Below are positions 1 to 13,439 of a DNA stretch of 64,000 nucleotides, in pieces (the first letter of the stretch is position 1; every line of letters starts with the position of its first letter). Origin of the DNA: Squalus acanthias (Eukaryota); assembly GCA_030390025.1 (NCBI GenBank), contig CM059432.1, positions 95,916,001 to 95,980,000 of the forward strand, read 5' to 3'. Under the pieces are notes generated by a model. That model searched no databases. It saw only the letters and a program-made list of their open reading frames with translations, and was not told the DNA's origin. A program made the translations under genes and the position numbers.

Positions 1-162
1 CTTGCAGCTGACGTGTTTCTCGAGTTTGACTGGCGTTGTGCAACTTTCTGCAACTCCAGCTTTATTAACTTATTGCAAGGTTCTAAGGTAACAGGGAGTG
101 TTGGGGCAAGTGGAGACGCCTTCATTCTTATGTAAAGGCTTCTGCTCACACTTGCTCGCAGT

Positions 163-1280
163 CATGGGGGCTCTACGGGCAGTCCCCTTCATGCTTGAGT
201 ATCTTCGGGAGAGGGAACGGAGGCAGCGAAGAAGAGGAGAAGATGCGCGCAGGGTGAGGAGGAGGAGGAGGGGCCAGGAGGCTCTCCACAGGAAGCCTTG
301 CCCACCTGGGTCTATTTAAGCGAGGAGCAGTGTATTAGGAGGCTTCACTTCAGCAAGGAGGTGGTCACAGAACTCTGCCACCTCCTGCAACCAGACCTGC
401 AGCCTGAGAGCAGGGCGAACACAGCTCTCCCAGTACCAGTCAAGGTCACCGTGGCCCTCAATTTCTTTGCTAGCGGATCCTTCCAGTCTGCAGCAGGAGG
501 CATAGCTAACATCTCCCAGTTCACCGTCCATTGCTGCATCTGGGAGGTCACTGAGGCTCTCAACACCAGGAGAAGGGACTACGTTTTCTTCTCTCCGAGC
601 AGAGAGAAGCAGAACGAGTGCACATGTGGCTTTGCCAGGATAGCGAGCTTTCCCATGTTGCAAGGCGCCATTGACTGCACACATGTGGCTTTGCGGGCGC
701 CGTATAACAATCCTGAGATCTTTCATAACCACAAAGGCTACCACTCACTTAATGTGCAATTGGTGTGCGACCACGGCCAGCGTTTCCTGATGGTCAATGC
801 CCACTATCTGGCAGCTGCCATGATACCTTCATCCTGCATCAGTCTGATGTGCCAGCAATCTTCCAGCCACCACATAAAACTCGAGGGTAGCTGCTCGGAG
901 ACAAGGGCTTTCCGCTCTCCACATGGCTCATGATTCCCCTCCGCAACCCCAGCACTCATGCCCAGCACTCATATAATGAGAGTCATGTTGCCACCAGGAA
1001 CATCATCGAGCAGACCATCGGGCTGCTGAAGCACCGGTTCCGCTGCCTTGACCGCTCGGGAGGAGCTCTCCAGTACTCGGCAGAGCGGGTGTCCCATTTC
1101 GTGGTTGTCTGCTGCATGCTTCACAACTTGGCCATCACGAGGGCTCAGCCCGTGCCAGCAGGGATTGCAGGACCACATCAGGAGGAGGACGAGGGAGAGG
1201 AGGAGGAAGAGGAAAATGAGCAAGAAGAAGAGGAAAAGGACGAGGAGGGAGTGGGCCTCAACAGACTCCGATTCCAATGA
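163..1280 (+). pseudogene. HARBI1-like DDE transposase, frameshifted
   Basis: Motifs [53 protein letters not shown] and CCMLHN plus an acidic tail, split over three ORFs (frameshifts near 310 and 808). Confidence 0.9.
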
Positions 1281-1457
1281 AGGAAATCCCAGATCCCCGT
1301 TGCTCACCACATCCCCATCTTATCATCCCTCTGTCACAGAGTATCACACCGTCCTTCTGGGCACAAAGCTGAAATGAGATCCACCACAAAAGATTCCAAA
1401 CAAAATTCATAAATTTATCCAAAATCAATTGACACATATTTACACTTACGATATGAA

Positions 1458-3218
1458 CTAATCACCCTTGTGTAATCCTTTTGTGCCTGTCGTTTGGGTG
1501 CCCTTTCCTGCCCTAGTGCTCCTATGAAGTGCTCCCCCAGTGGCTGCAGCATTGCTGGTGGAAGGCTGCTGAGCTTCCATGGAGGAGACTTCAGAGGGCC
1601 ATGCAGGACGACCTTGAGCAGGTCTGGCTCTCGAAGGCCCGGCTGTGGACTGCACCATATGGACATGGGCGGCAGCAGTCTGGGCTGGTTGGCTGACAGG
1701 CAGCAGCAAGGGTGGAGTGGCAGTGGTGGGAACAGGAATGCTGTCATCCTGAGAGAGGACAACAGGTTCCTGCTCCACTGACTTACTGCCAGTCCCCTGG
1801 GGCGGTGCCTCAGCATTCCTAGCAATCTGGGCTGCTGCGACACCCTGCAAGCCCCGGTCAACACTGCTAAACCCAGCCACGATGGCAGCAGTCTGAGCTT
1901 GGGTGGCATCATGCTGAGCCTGCATGAAAGTGGTCTGTGCTTCTGCTGCAGCACTAAGACATTGGGTCGCTTCTGCCTGTGCTACAATGGCAGCGCAACA
2001 TCGCCCATCACATGCAGTATCATGTCTGGGTCGACATGGTCTCTTTGGGCATTTTCCATCATTTCCAGCCTGGAAATCCTGGGCTCCAAGCTCTGCGCAA
2101 AACCCCGTGCAATGCTGGAGGCAGACTCCTCCATGTTTCTTGACATTGCCAAGAGGATCTCTGCCAGGCTTGCCATTGACCTAGTAATTTGGTGTGCATG
2201 TCCATCACCCTTCTTCTGAAGGTCGCCCCAACGAGGTCCTCATCTGAGTCCTGTGCAGCAGAACTTGGCACGAACTCACCCTCCGGGGAGCTGGCCCCCG
2301 AGCTACCCTTTCCCTTGGCCTTGCTGCAGCCCACTCATGCCTGGTGCCTCACCCTGTGCAGATCCAGCCTCTATACTAGCCTCTAAAGTACGTGCAGTGC
2401 CAGTTTCTGAGCTGGTGTCTGCGAGTGACAGATGCAGTGACGCTGCGTCTTCTTCTTCTGATCCCCCCTTGCTCTCCTGCATCGCCTCGGGGCCAGGCTG
2501 CTCGGGTGCTTGTTCTTGAAAGCAAAAGGGCACAAGAGTCGGGTTATGGTGAGGGGAGTGGGGGGGGGGAGGGGGTGGGGGAATCAATATATGCATGCAT
2601 ACAACATCTGCAGCTTGAAAGTGAGAAGAGATTGTGGGATGAGGGGGAAGTGGGATGTGAGAAGAAGGATTAGAAATGAGCATACCATTGATGTTCTCAA
2701 GACATTCAACTTCGCCGGTTGCCTCGGCCTCCATTATCTGCCACCCAATGATCTCTAGCACTCTCCCCTTCAGCTGGCTGAGGCACTGGATGGCAGCTTT
2801 CCCCCTGCCTGTCTGCCACTACTCTCTCCGATTATGCGGCACCTTGGCCTGCAAGCGAAAGAGAAGTGTGTGAGTGAGTGTGGTGCAATGTGTTTGCGTG
2901 ATATGCCTGCCATGGTTGAATAATGTGTGAGGCTTGTGGTGCAGATGGTGGGATATGGCATTTTAGCCTTCACTCACCTTGACCACCCAAGTGAGGTCAT
3001 TAAGCTTCTTTCGGCACTGGATGGCTGACCTTGGGACCACAGTGCTGGCAGTGCCATAGGCGGCTATTTCCTGCCAAAGCCTTCGAAAGTTGTGTGACGA
3101 AGGCTTCCTGCCAGTGTGTGAGAAGAGGACAGCCCGCCTCCTCTCCAAAGCCACTACCAGTGCCTCAAGAGCTGCGTCGGAGAATCTGCGGGCTCTCCCT
3201 GTGCTGAGGCTCCGCCAT
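1458..3218 (-). pseudogene. Myb/SANT-like (MSANTD-type) Harbinger accessory gene, spliced, degenerate
   Basis: RARRFSDAALEALV...W..I...RSAIQCRKKLNDL trihelix motif. Donor AAG|GTGAGT at 2978/2977, acceptor TTGCAG| at 2849/2848, second donor at 2686/2685. The C-terminal part is broken across several ORFs. Confidence 0.8.
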
Positions 3219-3835
3219 GTGTTTCCCCTGCCATCTTCTTCCAGCTGAAGTTGTAAGTGGCTTGACAATGAGGTGCTGTTGCATCAATGCACCTCCCCTT
3301 TAAGTACTGAATAAAGCCTGTGCCACACATGACTGGGAATTAGATTGGACCCGATATTGGCTTACCTGTTGAGCGGTAAGCTAGTGAGCAGCGGTTTTAG
3401 TGCTGAGATTAAGACTACAATCATGTTAATGAGGACTGAGCATGAATTTTGCGTGCTACCTAGACTATTTTGACCTGGTGTAGCTTAACATCATTGGGCC
3501 TTAACACTTGCCCATTTCATGGCCACATCCAATTTCTAGGCCATAGTCTATGGAAGAAGTGGATTAGATGGGGTTATTTGTCTTTTCTTGTTCCGTACTT
3601 TCTTGGATTATTATTCATGAATTTTAAAGCATAAACTGACCGACTCCGCTCTCCCAGCGGGAGACATGCTCAAGGGGAGTGTAGGTCACAGATAGGGCTC
3701 TGCACTACTCTAATCTGCGCTTCCTTTAAGCATCACACCCAGCTCAGAGTGCAGGATTGGGTAATTTACTCAGATTTTATGAATACTGAATATGTTTCCT
3801 GCTTTCTGTGACTGATTATCATATGTTATCCATAA

Positions 3836-3940
3836 AAACAGTGACTGCACTTCAAAAGTACAGCACTGATTGTAAAGTACTTTGGGGTTTCCTAAGGATA
3901 TGATAAGGTGCTATGTAAATGGAAGTTTAGTCTTTCTTTA
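3836..3940 (+). repeat. 3' tail of an L2-partnered SINE (DeuSINE/AmnSINE-like), degenerate
   Basis: ACAGTGACTGCACTTCAAAAGTAC...TGTAAAGTACTTTGGG...GGTGCTATGTAAATGGAAGT...TCTTTCTTT resembles the conserved L2-type SINE tail as I recall it. Confidence 0.55.
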
Positions 3941-4079
3941 GAATTTAAAGATTAACGGATGCTCTGTGGTATACCTCTACCAGGACAGAGGGCAGAGTAG
4001 AGTCCATAACATGCATAATACAGGTCAGGGCCAAGGCAGCAGACAGAGAGGTTATAAGGGCAAAGACCAAAATTAGAAA

Positions 4080-4260
4080 ATGACTGCTCAAAATATTCAA
4101 AATAAGTGGTGGAACTGCTGGTACTGGTGACAGTGACAGTTACGGTGTCATTGAAATTAGAGACATAACTGACCCAGGTCAATGGAGGTGAATATAACTT
4201 ACAAGGGTTCAAGGTATTAGGGAAGGGTGGGGTGAGGAGTGGAACAGGAAAAGTAAAGGA
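4080..4260 (+). repeat. Highly decayed CR1 endonuclease N-terminal fragment
   Basis: Translates to ...ET*LTQVNGGEYNLQGFKV..., matching the ETWL..EYNI.GY.VFR pattern of the CR1 copy near 57500. Confidence 0.5.
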
Positions 4261-6244
4261 TGTTACAATTCGGGATTCTTCCCAATGGTTTTTAGTCATG
4301 TTCATTGCAAAAATGTCAGCTTCCATAGATAAACCCACATTTCCCATGCGCCAAAACTTGACCTTATGCTTGAAATATATGAAAGAGCAAATCCCAGGGT
4401 AGACAGTGAAGTTTACTACTATTGAGGTATGCACCAGAAATAGTATGTAGAAGTGACATTATACAGATGGAAAAACAAATTAGATTAAATAGCAATATAC
4501 TTTTTCACTTAGCTTTATACATTCTGTGCCAAAACAATAAAAGATCTGTTTCCTCAGTTCTCTACAGTAACTTGCAACAAAAGTCTGTGATGAAACATTT
4601 GACATAAAAGTGAAACTTATCTGTAACTTGTGTCGTGACACAGCAAAATAGGAAACTGAAGAATATGGGGCAGCAGCCTGGTCATAGGTCTTTCTTTTCT
4701 TTAATGTCTAATCTGGCATAAGAAGAGGGAAAAAGTATCCTTCTCAATTAATCAAAAGTGGCCCATGTTGAAATACTGTCTGTAGTGGCAGGCTAGAAGC
4801 AAAACAGATACAGACATTGTAAACAACTTCAACCAGCACGGAAGCTCACCAGACAAGATTTAACTTAATTAGATTTGGGTCTCTTGTTTGTGTGTTTGTC
4901 ACTGATGACTCAGAAGCCAAACATTCATTTTGCAATTAACAGGGCCAATTTAAATTAGTCATTAATATGCTCCAGACTGAGGTGCATATTTTGTTCTACC
5001 TGCCAGCTCTGATGTCATTACAAAATAATTCTTCACAATGACAACAACCACGGCTTCTACTTTAAACATTCTAGCGCCTAGGACATGCTAGACATTCATA
5101 TAAAAAGATAAAATATAGAGGCCTAGAAATAGTATATGGCCCGAAAACGGGCGGTGTCATGGCCCAGCGCTATTTAACTGCGCCGAGTCAATGTGGTCTA
5201 GGTAGCACTCAAAATTCGTGCTCAGTGCTCATTAACTTGATTATACTGCTGACCTCAGCACTAAAACCGCTGCTCATTGGCTTACCGCTCAACAGGTGGG
5301 CCAATATCGGGTGCAGTCTAATTCCAAGTCATGTTTGGGTTTGGCTTTCTCCACTACTTAAAGGGAAGGTGCATTGATGCAACAGCACCTCGTAGTCATT
5401 CCACTTGGAGCTCCACTTGGAAGCACAAGCAACTACGAAGAGATGGCTGAGCGTCAGCAGAGGGAGAGAGCAAGACGCTTCTCAAAAGCGGCTCTGGAGT
5501 CACTGGTGGTGGTCGTGGCAAGGAAGCGGGCTGTCCTCTTCCCGCAAGCCAGCAGGAAGCCATTGGCTCATACGTGTAGAAGGCTCTGGCAGGAGATATC
5601 TGATTATGCCAAGTGCCGAGTGGATGATCCATATCGGCCTCACCATCACAGAAGCCAGTCTTCAGCCAATTCGATTCACTCCTTGTGATATCAAGAAACG
5701 GCTGAGCGCACTGGATACAGCCAAGGCTATGGGCCCCGACAACATCCCGGCTATCGTGCTGAAGACTTGTGCTCCAGAACCAGCCGCACCTCTAGCCAAG
5801 CTGTTTCAGTACAGTTACAACATTGGCATCTACCCAACAATGTGGAAAACTGCCCAAGTATGTCCTGTTCACAAAAAGCAGGACAAGTGCAATCTGGCCA
5901 ATTACCGCCCCATCAGTCAACTCTCAATCATCAGCAAAGTGATGGAAGGTGTCATCGACAGTGCTATCAAGTGCCACCTACTCACCAATAACCTGCTCAC
6001 TGATGCCCAGTTTGGGATCTGGCAGAACCACTCAGCTCTGGACTTCATTACAGCCTTGGTCCAAACATGGACAAAAGAGCTGAATTTCAAAGATGAGTGA
6101 GAGTAACTGCCCTTGACATTAAGTCAGCATTTGACCGAGTCTGGCATCAAGGAGCCCTATTAAACTGAAGTCAATGGGAATCAGGGGGAGAACTCTCCAC
6201 TGGCTGGAGTCATAACTAGCACAAAGGAAGATGGTTGTGGTTAT

Positions 6245-7898
6245 TGTAAGGGGTTTTGTCGTGCTTGTATCACAGACTGTGCTGGTGCGGGGTTAGGCCT
6301 TCGTTGCCTAATACTATTGCTTGCTCTGGTCTCCGGCCAGCCTTGTTGCAATAAGCACCTGTGAGTGGTTCGACCCACTCGCCCTTACGGTTCTAACACT
6401 GGACTTAGGTGCAGGAGCAGTAATGCAGAGAAAACTCAGATAGACCCGGTTGAATAGTACGAAATGGAAATCTTTATTGCATAGCGTCCAAAATCATGAA
6501 GTACATGTCATAGGCGCAAATTAACGAGAGTACAAGTATACATACATTCATAAAGCTTGGTCTATGGTAATGAAGAACGCACGGCACATCGTAAAAAGGG
6601 GAACACATTATACTTTATCCTTAATAAAACCACCCTCCCTTATCAATACCTACACTACGTCTAGATTTGTAGGATCGGGAAACATGCTCACCACTCGTGA
6701 TACTTCGGAGAATTTTAAAGTGAGGCACTCGGCTCGTTTGCTGCAGCGCCTGACTGTCACGTGTTTGGAGGGGTCTCTGTACCCCACTTGTTTATCTTCG
6801 CTGCTGCGACAAGCAGGCCAGACCGTCTTTTGTCATGAAGAACTCGGTAGAACTCGGAATGTTTGTAAAATTCAAAGAAGAGTCTTCCTGTACCGACACC
6901 GGTTGTCGGTAGATTTCAATGAAGAGTCTTTTATTATATTTTCGGGCGCGGTCGGGGTTTACTGACCATGGCGGCACGTGGATTCTTCTTCTTCTCGTCT
7001 CGTTTCGTCTTGTCTCTTCGGGCCTTCGGGTCCAGACACCGTTTACCGACCCTCGGGATGGTGCACCCGGCCACTTGCCCTTGTCGAGGCGGCTTGTTCC
7101 GTTTGAGCTCCACCCAACATTCGAATAACCGACCAGTGCGGCTAAGAGTCAACAAAGTCCAGAGAAACACAGAAGGCTGCTCGTCCAGCAGAGCGACACC
7201 TGAGGATCAGGATAAGAGAATAAGAGCATAAGCCTTCAGCAGTCAGCAGAGAGATAAGAGACCGATGGACATTTGTTCACTATAGTTATAGTGCTGTGTC
7301 CCCTTATCTCCTGCTCAAATCTTAATGTTTGTCCTTTGTGTAATACTGGTGCACAAAACTCCCAGCATGGGGCGATTCTTTCCTTTAACGGGTTTCGGTG
7401 GCACCTGAAACTGGCCAACTACCCGTTAATGTTTTCCCCATTGTTGAACCGGCTAGGAGCCTCCCTGGCTGGGTTTTGGGGGCCCCCGAATACTTGCTTA
7501 ATCACCCGTGAATGGCTCTCTCATTGTAGAGCCGTGGGGGTATATGTGGATTGCTGTGTCTGGATGGGCCTTCGATTGCCCAGTACAATGGTCCTTACTT
7601 GTGCATGGAAAACGATTCCAGCACTTATATCTTTTGCTATTGTTTCGAATGCAAACAGGTTGCATCCTGTCTTTATCAATGTTTGCCGAGTATTATCCAA
7701 TCTTATACTGAAATGTTTATTCGAACGCCATCTTGTCTGCCCACTGTATTTCTGGAAGCTTCTGCCACGATGCGCGGCGACCATTTTACAGGCTTCTGTG
7801 TCCCTTTTAATCATGACAGCATTTCGTTTAAATAAACGGATCAAACGAATCTGCTTCTCTTTCGTTATTTTGAATTGCGATAATTGCGAAACTCTACA
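6245..7898 (-). mobile_element. Long solo LTR (1654 bp) of an unidentified retroelement, copy A
   Basis: TGTA...TACA ends, 4-bp TSD TTAT (6241-6244 / 7899-7902), AATAAA on - at 6473-6478. Homologous end to end with 46611-48384. Confidence 0.85.
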
Positions 7899-8735
7899 TT
7901 ATTGAACATGATGCGGTTATTGAAGGTCAATCATCTCAGCCCCAGGACATTGCTGCAGAAGTTCCTCAGGGCAGTATCCTAGGCACAACCATCTCCAGCA
8001 GCTTCATCAATGGCCTTCCCTCCATCATAAGGTCAGAAATGAGGATCTTCACTGATGATTGCACAGTGTTCAGTTCCATTCACAACTCCTCAGATAATGA
8101 AGCCGTCTGCGCCCGCATACAGCAAGGCCTGGACAACATTCAAGCTTGGGCGGATAAATGGCAAGAAACATTCGCGCCACAGAAGTGCTAGGCAATGACT
8201 ATCTCCAACAAGTGAGAGTCTAACCACCTGCCCTTGACATTCAACGGCATTACCATCACCGAATCCCCCAACATCAACATCCTGGGGGTCACCATTGACC
8301 AGAAACTTAACTGGACCAGCCACACAAATAATGCGGCCACAAGAGCAGGTCAAAGGCTGGGTATTCTGCGGTGAGTGTCTCACTTCCTGACTCCCCAAAG
8401 CTTTTCCACCATCTACAAGGCACAAATCAGGATTGTGATGGAATACTCTCCACTTGCCTGGATGAGTGCAGCTCCAACAACACTCAACATGCTCAACACC
8501 ATCCAGGACAAAACAGCCTGCTTGATTGTCACCCCATCCACCACCTTAAACATTTAGTCCCTCCACCACCGGCGCACCGTGGCTGCAGTGTGTACCATCT
8601 ACAAGATGCACTGCAGTAACTCGCCAAGGCTTCTTCAACAGCACCTCCCAAACTCGCGACCTCTTCCACCTAGAAGGACAAGAGCAGCAGGCTCATGGAA
8701 ACACCATCACCTCCAAGTTCCCTTCCAAGTCACAC

Positions 8736-9475
8736 ACAACAACAACAACAACAACAACAACAACTTGTATTTATATAGTACCTTTAACTTAGTAAAATGT
8801 CCCAAGGTGCTGCACAGGAGTATTTTAAGACAAAAAATTTGACACCGATCCACATAAGGATAAATTAGGGCAGGTGACCAAAAGCTTGGTCAAAGAGATA
8901 GGTTTTAAGGAGCATCTTAAAGGAGGAAAGAGAAGTAGCGAGGTGGACAGGTTTAGGCAGGGAATTCCATAGCTTAGGACCTAGGTAACAGAAGGCACGG
9001 CCACCAAAGGTTGAGCGATTATAATCAGGGATCCTCAAGAGGGCAGAATTAGAGCAGCGCAGATATCTCGGGGGGTCGTGGGGCTGAAGGAGATGACAGA
9101 GATAGGAAGGGGCGAGGCCATGGAGGGATTTGAAAACAAGGATGAGAATTTTGAAATCGAGGCGCTGCTTAACCGGGAGCCAATGTAGGTCAGCGAGCAC
9201 AGGGGTGATGGGCGAACGGGACTTGGTGCAAGTTAGGACACGGGCAGCCGAATTTTGGATGACCTCAAGTTTACATAGGGTGGAATGTGGGAGGCCAGCC
9301 AGGAGTGCGTTGGAATAGACAAGTCTAGAGGTAACAAAGGCATGGATTAGGGTTTCAGCAGCGGATGAGCTGAGGCAAGGGCGGAGACGGGCGATGTTAT
9401 GGAGGTGGAAGTAGGCGGTCTTTGCTATGCTGCGGATATGTGGTCGGAAGCTCATTTTAGGGTCAAATATGACAC
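8736..9475 (-). mobile_element. L2 LINE 3' fragment
   Basis: TAYFHLHNIARLRPCLSSSAAETLIHAFVTSRL...LHWLPV; (TTG)n tail seen as (CAA)n at 8736-8764. Confidence 0.9.
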
Positions 9476-11185
9476 CATCCTGACTTGGAAATATATCGGC
9501 ATACATTCATTGTCACTGGGTCAAAATCCTGGAACTCCCGCCCTAACAGTACTATGGGAGTACCTTCACCACACGGACTACGGCGGTTCAAGATGGCAGC
9601 TCACCACCACCTTCTCAAGGGCAATTAGGGATGGCAATAAATGCTGGCCTTGCATGCGACACCCAAATCCAGGAGTGAATTTTAGAAAATGTGATGGCCA
9701 ACAGCGTGGTCCCCAGGTACCCCATCCAATGCGGCAAGAAGTTTAATGGCGTGACACGGCAGGTCAAGGTGAGTGCAGACTTCAGCAAATGTCACATCCC
9801 ACCATCTGCACCACAAGCCTCACACATTACTCAATGCACCACACCCCATCACTCATCTACCAACAATCTCTATCTATCACCACTCAGACCTCACAATCAG
9901 AGCTTCACTTCACCCTCACACACTTACCACTGCTGCAACACTCACACCCACATCTCACACCTTGCACACACTGCCAGCTATTCAACTATGGCAGGCACAT
10001 CACCCAAACACATTGCACCACACTCACTCACACACTTCCCTTTCTCTTGCAGGCCAAGGTCGCACACAATCGCTGGGAGCAGTGGCAGACAGGCGAGGGC
10101 AAGCTTCAATACAGGTCTTGAGCCATTTGGAGGAGAGAGTGCTGGACATCATTGGAGGGGAAGTCACAGAGGCCGTGGCAACGGGCGAAGTTGAAGCCCT
10201 TGGGGACAACAACGGCATGTGCATTCCTAATCCTTCTCAAATCCCACTTCCCCCTCGTCCCACAATCTCTTCTCACTTATAAGCTACTGATGCTGTATGC
10301 ATGCATATCTTGCTTCCCCCCAACCCCCCTCACCATAACCCAACTCTTGTGCCTTTCTGCTTTCAGATAACCAAGAACAAGCAACAGCACAGCCTGTCCC
10401 CAAAATGATGCAGGAGAGCGAGGGGGTGGGAGATGAAGAAGACACAGCGTCACTGCATCTGACACTCGCAGGCACCAGTTCAGAAACTGGCACTGCCTGT
10501 AATTTAGAGGGTAGTGTAGATGCGGGATCTGCACATGGTGAGGCATCGGGCACAAGAGGGCTGCAGCAAGGCCAGGGGATAGGGTAGCTTGGGGGACAGC
10601 TCTCCGGAGGGTGAGTTCATGCGCGAGTTCTGCTGCACAGGACTCAGATGAGGACCTCGATGGGGTGGCCTTCAGAAGAAGGGTGATGGGCATACACACC
10701 GAATTGCTAGGTGCAATGGCAAGCCTGGCAGTGAGCCTCTTAGCAATGTCAAGGAGCATGGAGGAGTACACCTCCAACATTGGCCGGGCTTTGTGCAGAG
10801 CTTGGAGCCCATGATTTCAAGGCTGGAAATGATAGAAAACTCCAGGAGAGACCTTGTCGACCCAGACATGATGCTGTGTGTGATGGGCGATGTCGCGGCT
10901 GCCATTGCAGCACAGGCGGAAGCGACCCAATGTCTTAGTGCTGCAGCGGAAGCGCAGACCTCTGTCCTGCAGTCTCAGCTCGCTGCCACCCATACTCAGA
11001 CCGCTGTCCTGCAGTCTCAGCTTGCTGCCACCCAAGCTTAGACTGCTGCCATCGTGGCTGGGTATACCAATGTCGAACGGGGCTTGCAGGATGTCGCAGC
11101 AGGCCGACAATCTGTCCTCCACCAGATTGCTAGGAATGATGAGGCGCCGCCCCGGGGGAGTGGCAGTGGGTCAGTAGAGCAGGAC

Positions 11186-11637
11186 CTTATCAGACATAAC
11201 CTACCCTTTACAAATCCATGCTGGCTCTCTCTAATCAGCTCAAATTTCTCAAAGTACTCAGCTACTCTGTCCTTAATTATAGATTCCCATGATTTCCCCA
11301 CGAGAGATGTTAGACTAACTGGTCTATAATTTCCTGGTTACTCTCTCACACGTTTCTTAAATAATGGAGTTACATTTGCAATTTTCCAATCTAAAGGGGC
11401 AATTCCTGCATCGAGAGAGCTTTGGAAGATGATGGCTAAAGCATCTGCAATTTCCTCAACCATTTCTTTTAAAGCCCTGGGGTGGAAACAATCAGGTCCT
11501 GGGGATATGTCAAGTTTTAGTGCAATTATTTTTTCTAATTCTGTTTTCTTGCTTACATTAACTTTAGCGAGTTCCAGTCCTTGAACATTATTAGTTTCCC
11601 TGGAATGTCAGGCATATTATCCTCTTCCTCTACTGTC
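11186..11637 (-). mobile_element. CR1 LINE fragment
   Basis: ESIIKDRVAEY...RESQHGFVKGRLCL on the - strand. Confidence 0.8.
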
Positions 11638-13439
11638 CTCACCTTCACCTTTGATGCCCTAGTCCCCATTAAAACCCTCTCACCCTGGCCGTTATCCCGG
11701 TATGGCCCTCATCTCCGCTCCCTTAAGTCCAAGGGACACAGACTCGAACGGACAACTGGTTTAGCCATTCACCACCAGATCTCGCTGGACCACATAAAGC
11801 AGTATCGGGCCCTGCTCTTGTCTGCCAAAACTGTTCACTATTCCAGGATCATCCTGGAATGTAATGATAACGTCCGGCTTTTTTTCTCTACTGCAAACCG
11901 TCTTCTTAAACCCCTCTCCCCTGTCTCCTCCACCCTCACCCCCAACAACAAATGTGAGGAGCTCATGGACTTTTTTGTCACTAAGATTGAGACCACCCGA
12001 TTAGTTGCCTCTGCTGCTTCCCTCCCTTTCTCTAGCCCACTGGGCCAAACTTCCCCTAAGGTTCCCCCCCCCACTGCCCTAGCCCTGAACTCACATCTTC
12101 CTTTAGTTTCTTTCTTATCTCCCCTCATGCCCTCTCCGAGCTCAACTTGTCCATGAGACCCACCTCCTGCTCCCTCGACCCTATTCCCACTAAACTGCTG
12201 ACCATCCAACTTTCCTGCATGGCTCCTATTTTAGCTGATATTGTTAATGGTTCTCTCGCCTCATGTACAGTGCCCCTCTCCTTCAAATCTTCCTTCATCA
12301 CCCCCTCCACAAAAAAACAACCCTTGACCCCTCCATCCTTGGAAACTACCTCCCCATCTCCAAGCTCCCTTTCCTCTCCAAAATCCTTGAATGTGCTGTC
12401 GCCTCCCAAATCCTTGCCCATCTTTCCCGGAACCCCATGTTTGAATCCCTCCAATTAGGTTTCCACCCCTGCCACAGTGCCAAAACGGCTCTTATCAAAG
12501 TCACAAATGGCATCCTATGTGAATGTGACAAAGGTAAACTATCCCTCCTCGTCTTAAACTAAAATAAAGCCAAGGTATGAGGGATGAGTTAGCTAAGGTA
12601 TATTGGGAAATTAAATTAAAAGGTAGATAAGCAATGGAAAACATTTAAAGAAATATTTCATAATTCTCAACGAATATACTTTCCATTGAGAAATAAAAAC
12701 TTGACCAGAAAAGTGATCCATCTGTGGCTAACTCAAGAAGTTCAGGATAGTATTAGATTAAAAGAAAAGGCTTATAATGTTGCCAATAAGAGTAGTAAGC
12801 CTGAGAATTGGGTGAGTTTTAGAAACCAGCAAAATATGACGAAAAAATTGATAAAAAGGGAGAAAATAGAATATGAGAGTAAACTGGCAAGAAATATAAA
12901 AACAGATTGTAAGAGATTCTATAAGTTTGTAGAAAGCAATAGAGTGGTGAAAGTAAACGTGGGTCCCTTAGAGGCTGAGACAGGAAAAATTATAACGTGG
13001 AATAAGGAAATGGCGGAGATGTTAAACCAATATTTTGTATCTGTCTTCATGTCTTCACAGTAATAGACACAAAACACATAGCAGAAATAGTGGGGAACTA
13101 AGTGTCTAACGAGAGTGAGGAACTTAAAGTAATTAATATTAGTATAGAAAAAGTACAGGGGAAATTAATGGGACTAAAAGCCGACAAATCCCCTGGACCT
13201 GATGGCCTACATCCTAGGGTTCTAAAGAGGTGGCTGCAGAGATAGTGGATGCTTTGGTTGCGATCTTCCAAAATTCTCCAAATTCTGGAATGGTCCCAGT
13301 GGATTGGAAGGTAGCAAAAACACCGCTATTCAAGAAAGAAGGGAGAGAGAAAACAGGGAACTACAGGCCAGCTAGCCTGCTATCAGTTGTCAGGAAAATG
13401 CTGGAATCCATTATTAAGGAAATGGTAAAAGAACACTTA

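Larger units (their letters stand above)
1..3542. mobile_element. Harbinger (PIF/Harbinger) DNA transposon, two convergent genes; left end lies outside the window
   Basis: HARBI1-like transposase on + and Myb/SANT-like gene on -, tail to tail. The right terminus ...AATTTCTAGGCC is the reverse complement of the GGCCTAGAAAT start of the related element at 5121. Confidence 0.9.
5609..9690 (+). mobile_element. 5'-truncated non-LTR retrotransposon (CR1/Jockey-group RT), interrupted by a solo LTR and an L2
   Basis: KAMGPDNIPAIVLKTCAPE, NYRPISQLSIISKVME, YKAQIRIVMEYSPLAW. 3' end AGGGCAATTAGGGATGGCAATAAATGCTGGCC near 9618-9650. Confidence 0.85.
5121..11185 (+). mobile_element. Harbinger transposon, Myb/SANT-gene half, interrupted by nested insertions and truncated by CR1
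   Basis: TIR GGCCTAGAAAT. MAERQQRERARRFSKAALESLV from 5443 is broken at ~5608 and resumes at ~9690. Donor AAG|GTGAGT near 9769 and acceptor TTGCAG| at 10052 match the intron positions in the 1-3542 copy. Confidence 0.85.

Noticed and set aside
163..1280. Domesticated host HARBI1 gene
   Set aside because: Frameshifted, multicopy in the window and flanked by a TIR and the Myb partner gene, so it is a transposon copy.
3952..4434. 160-aa - strand ORF as a host gene exon
   Set aside because: Much of it is the antisense of a decayed CR1 endonuclease fragment, and I recognise no protein similarity.
6360..6385. tRNA gene
   Set aside because: Only a single hairpin with a B-box-like motif; no cloverleaf and no convincing A box.
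7273..7905. 210-aa ORF (and the opposite 107-aa ORF) inside long LTR copy A as an accessory gene
   Set aside because: The homologous region of copy C does not keep these frames open, and no motifs are recognisable.
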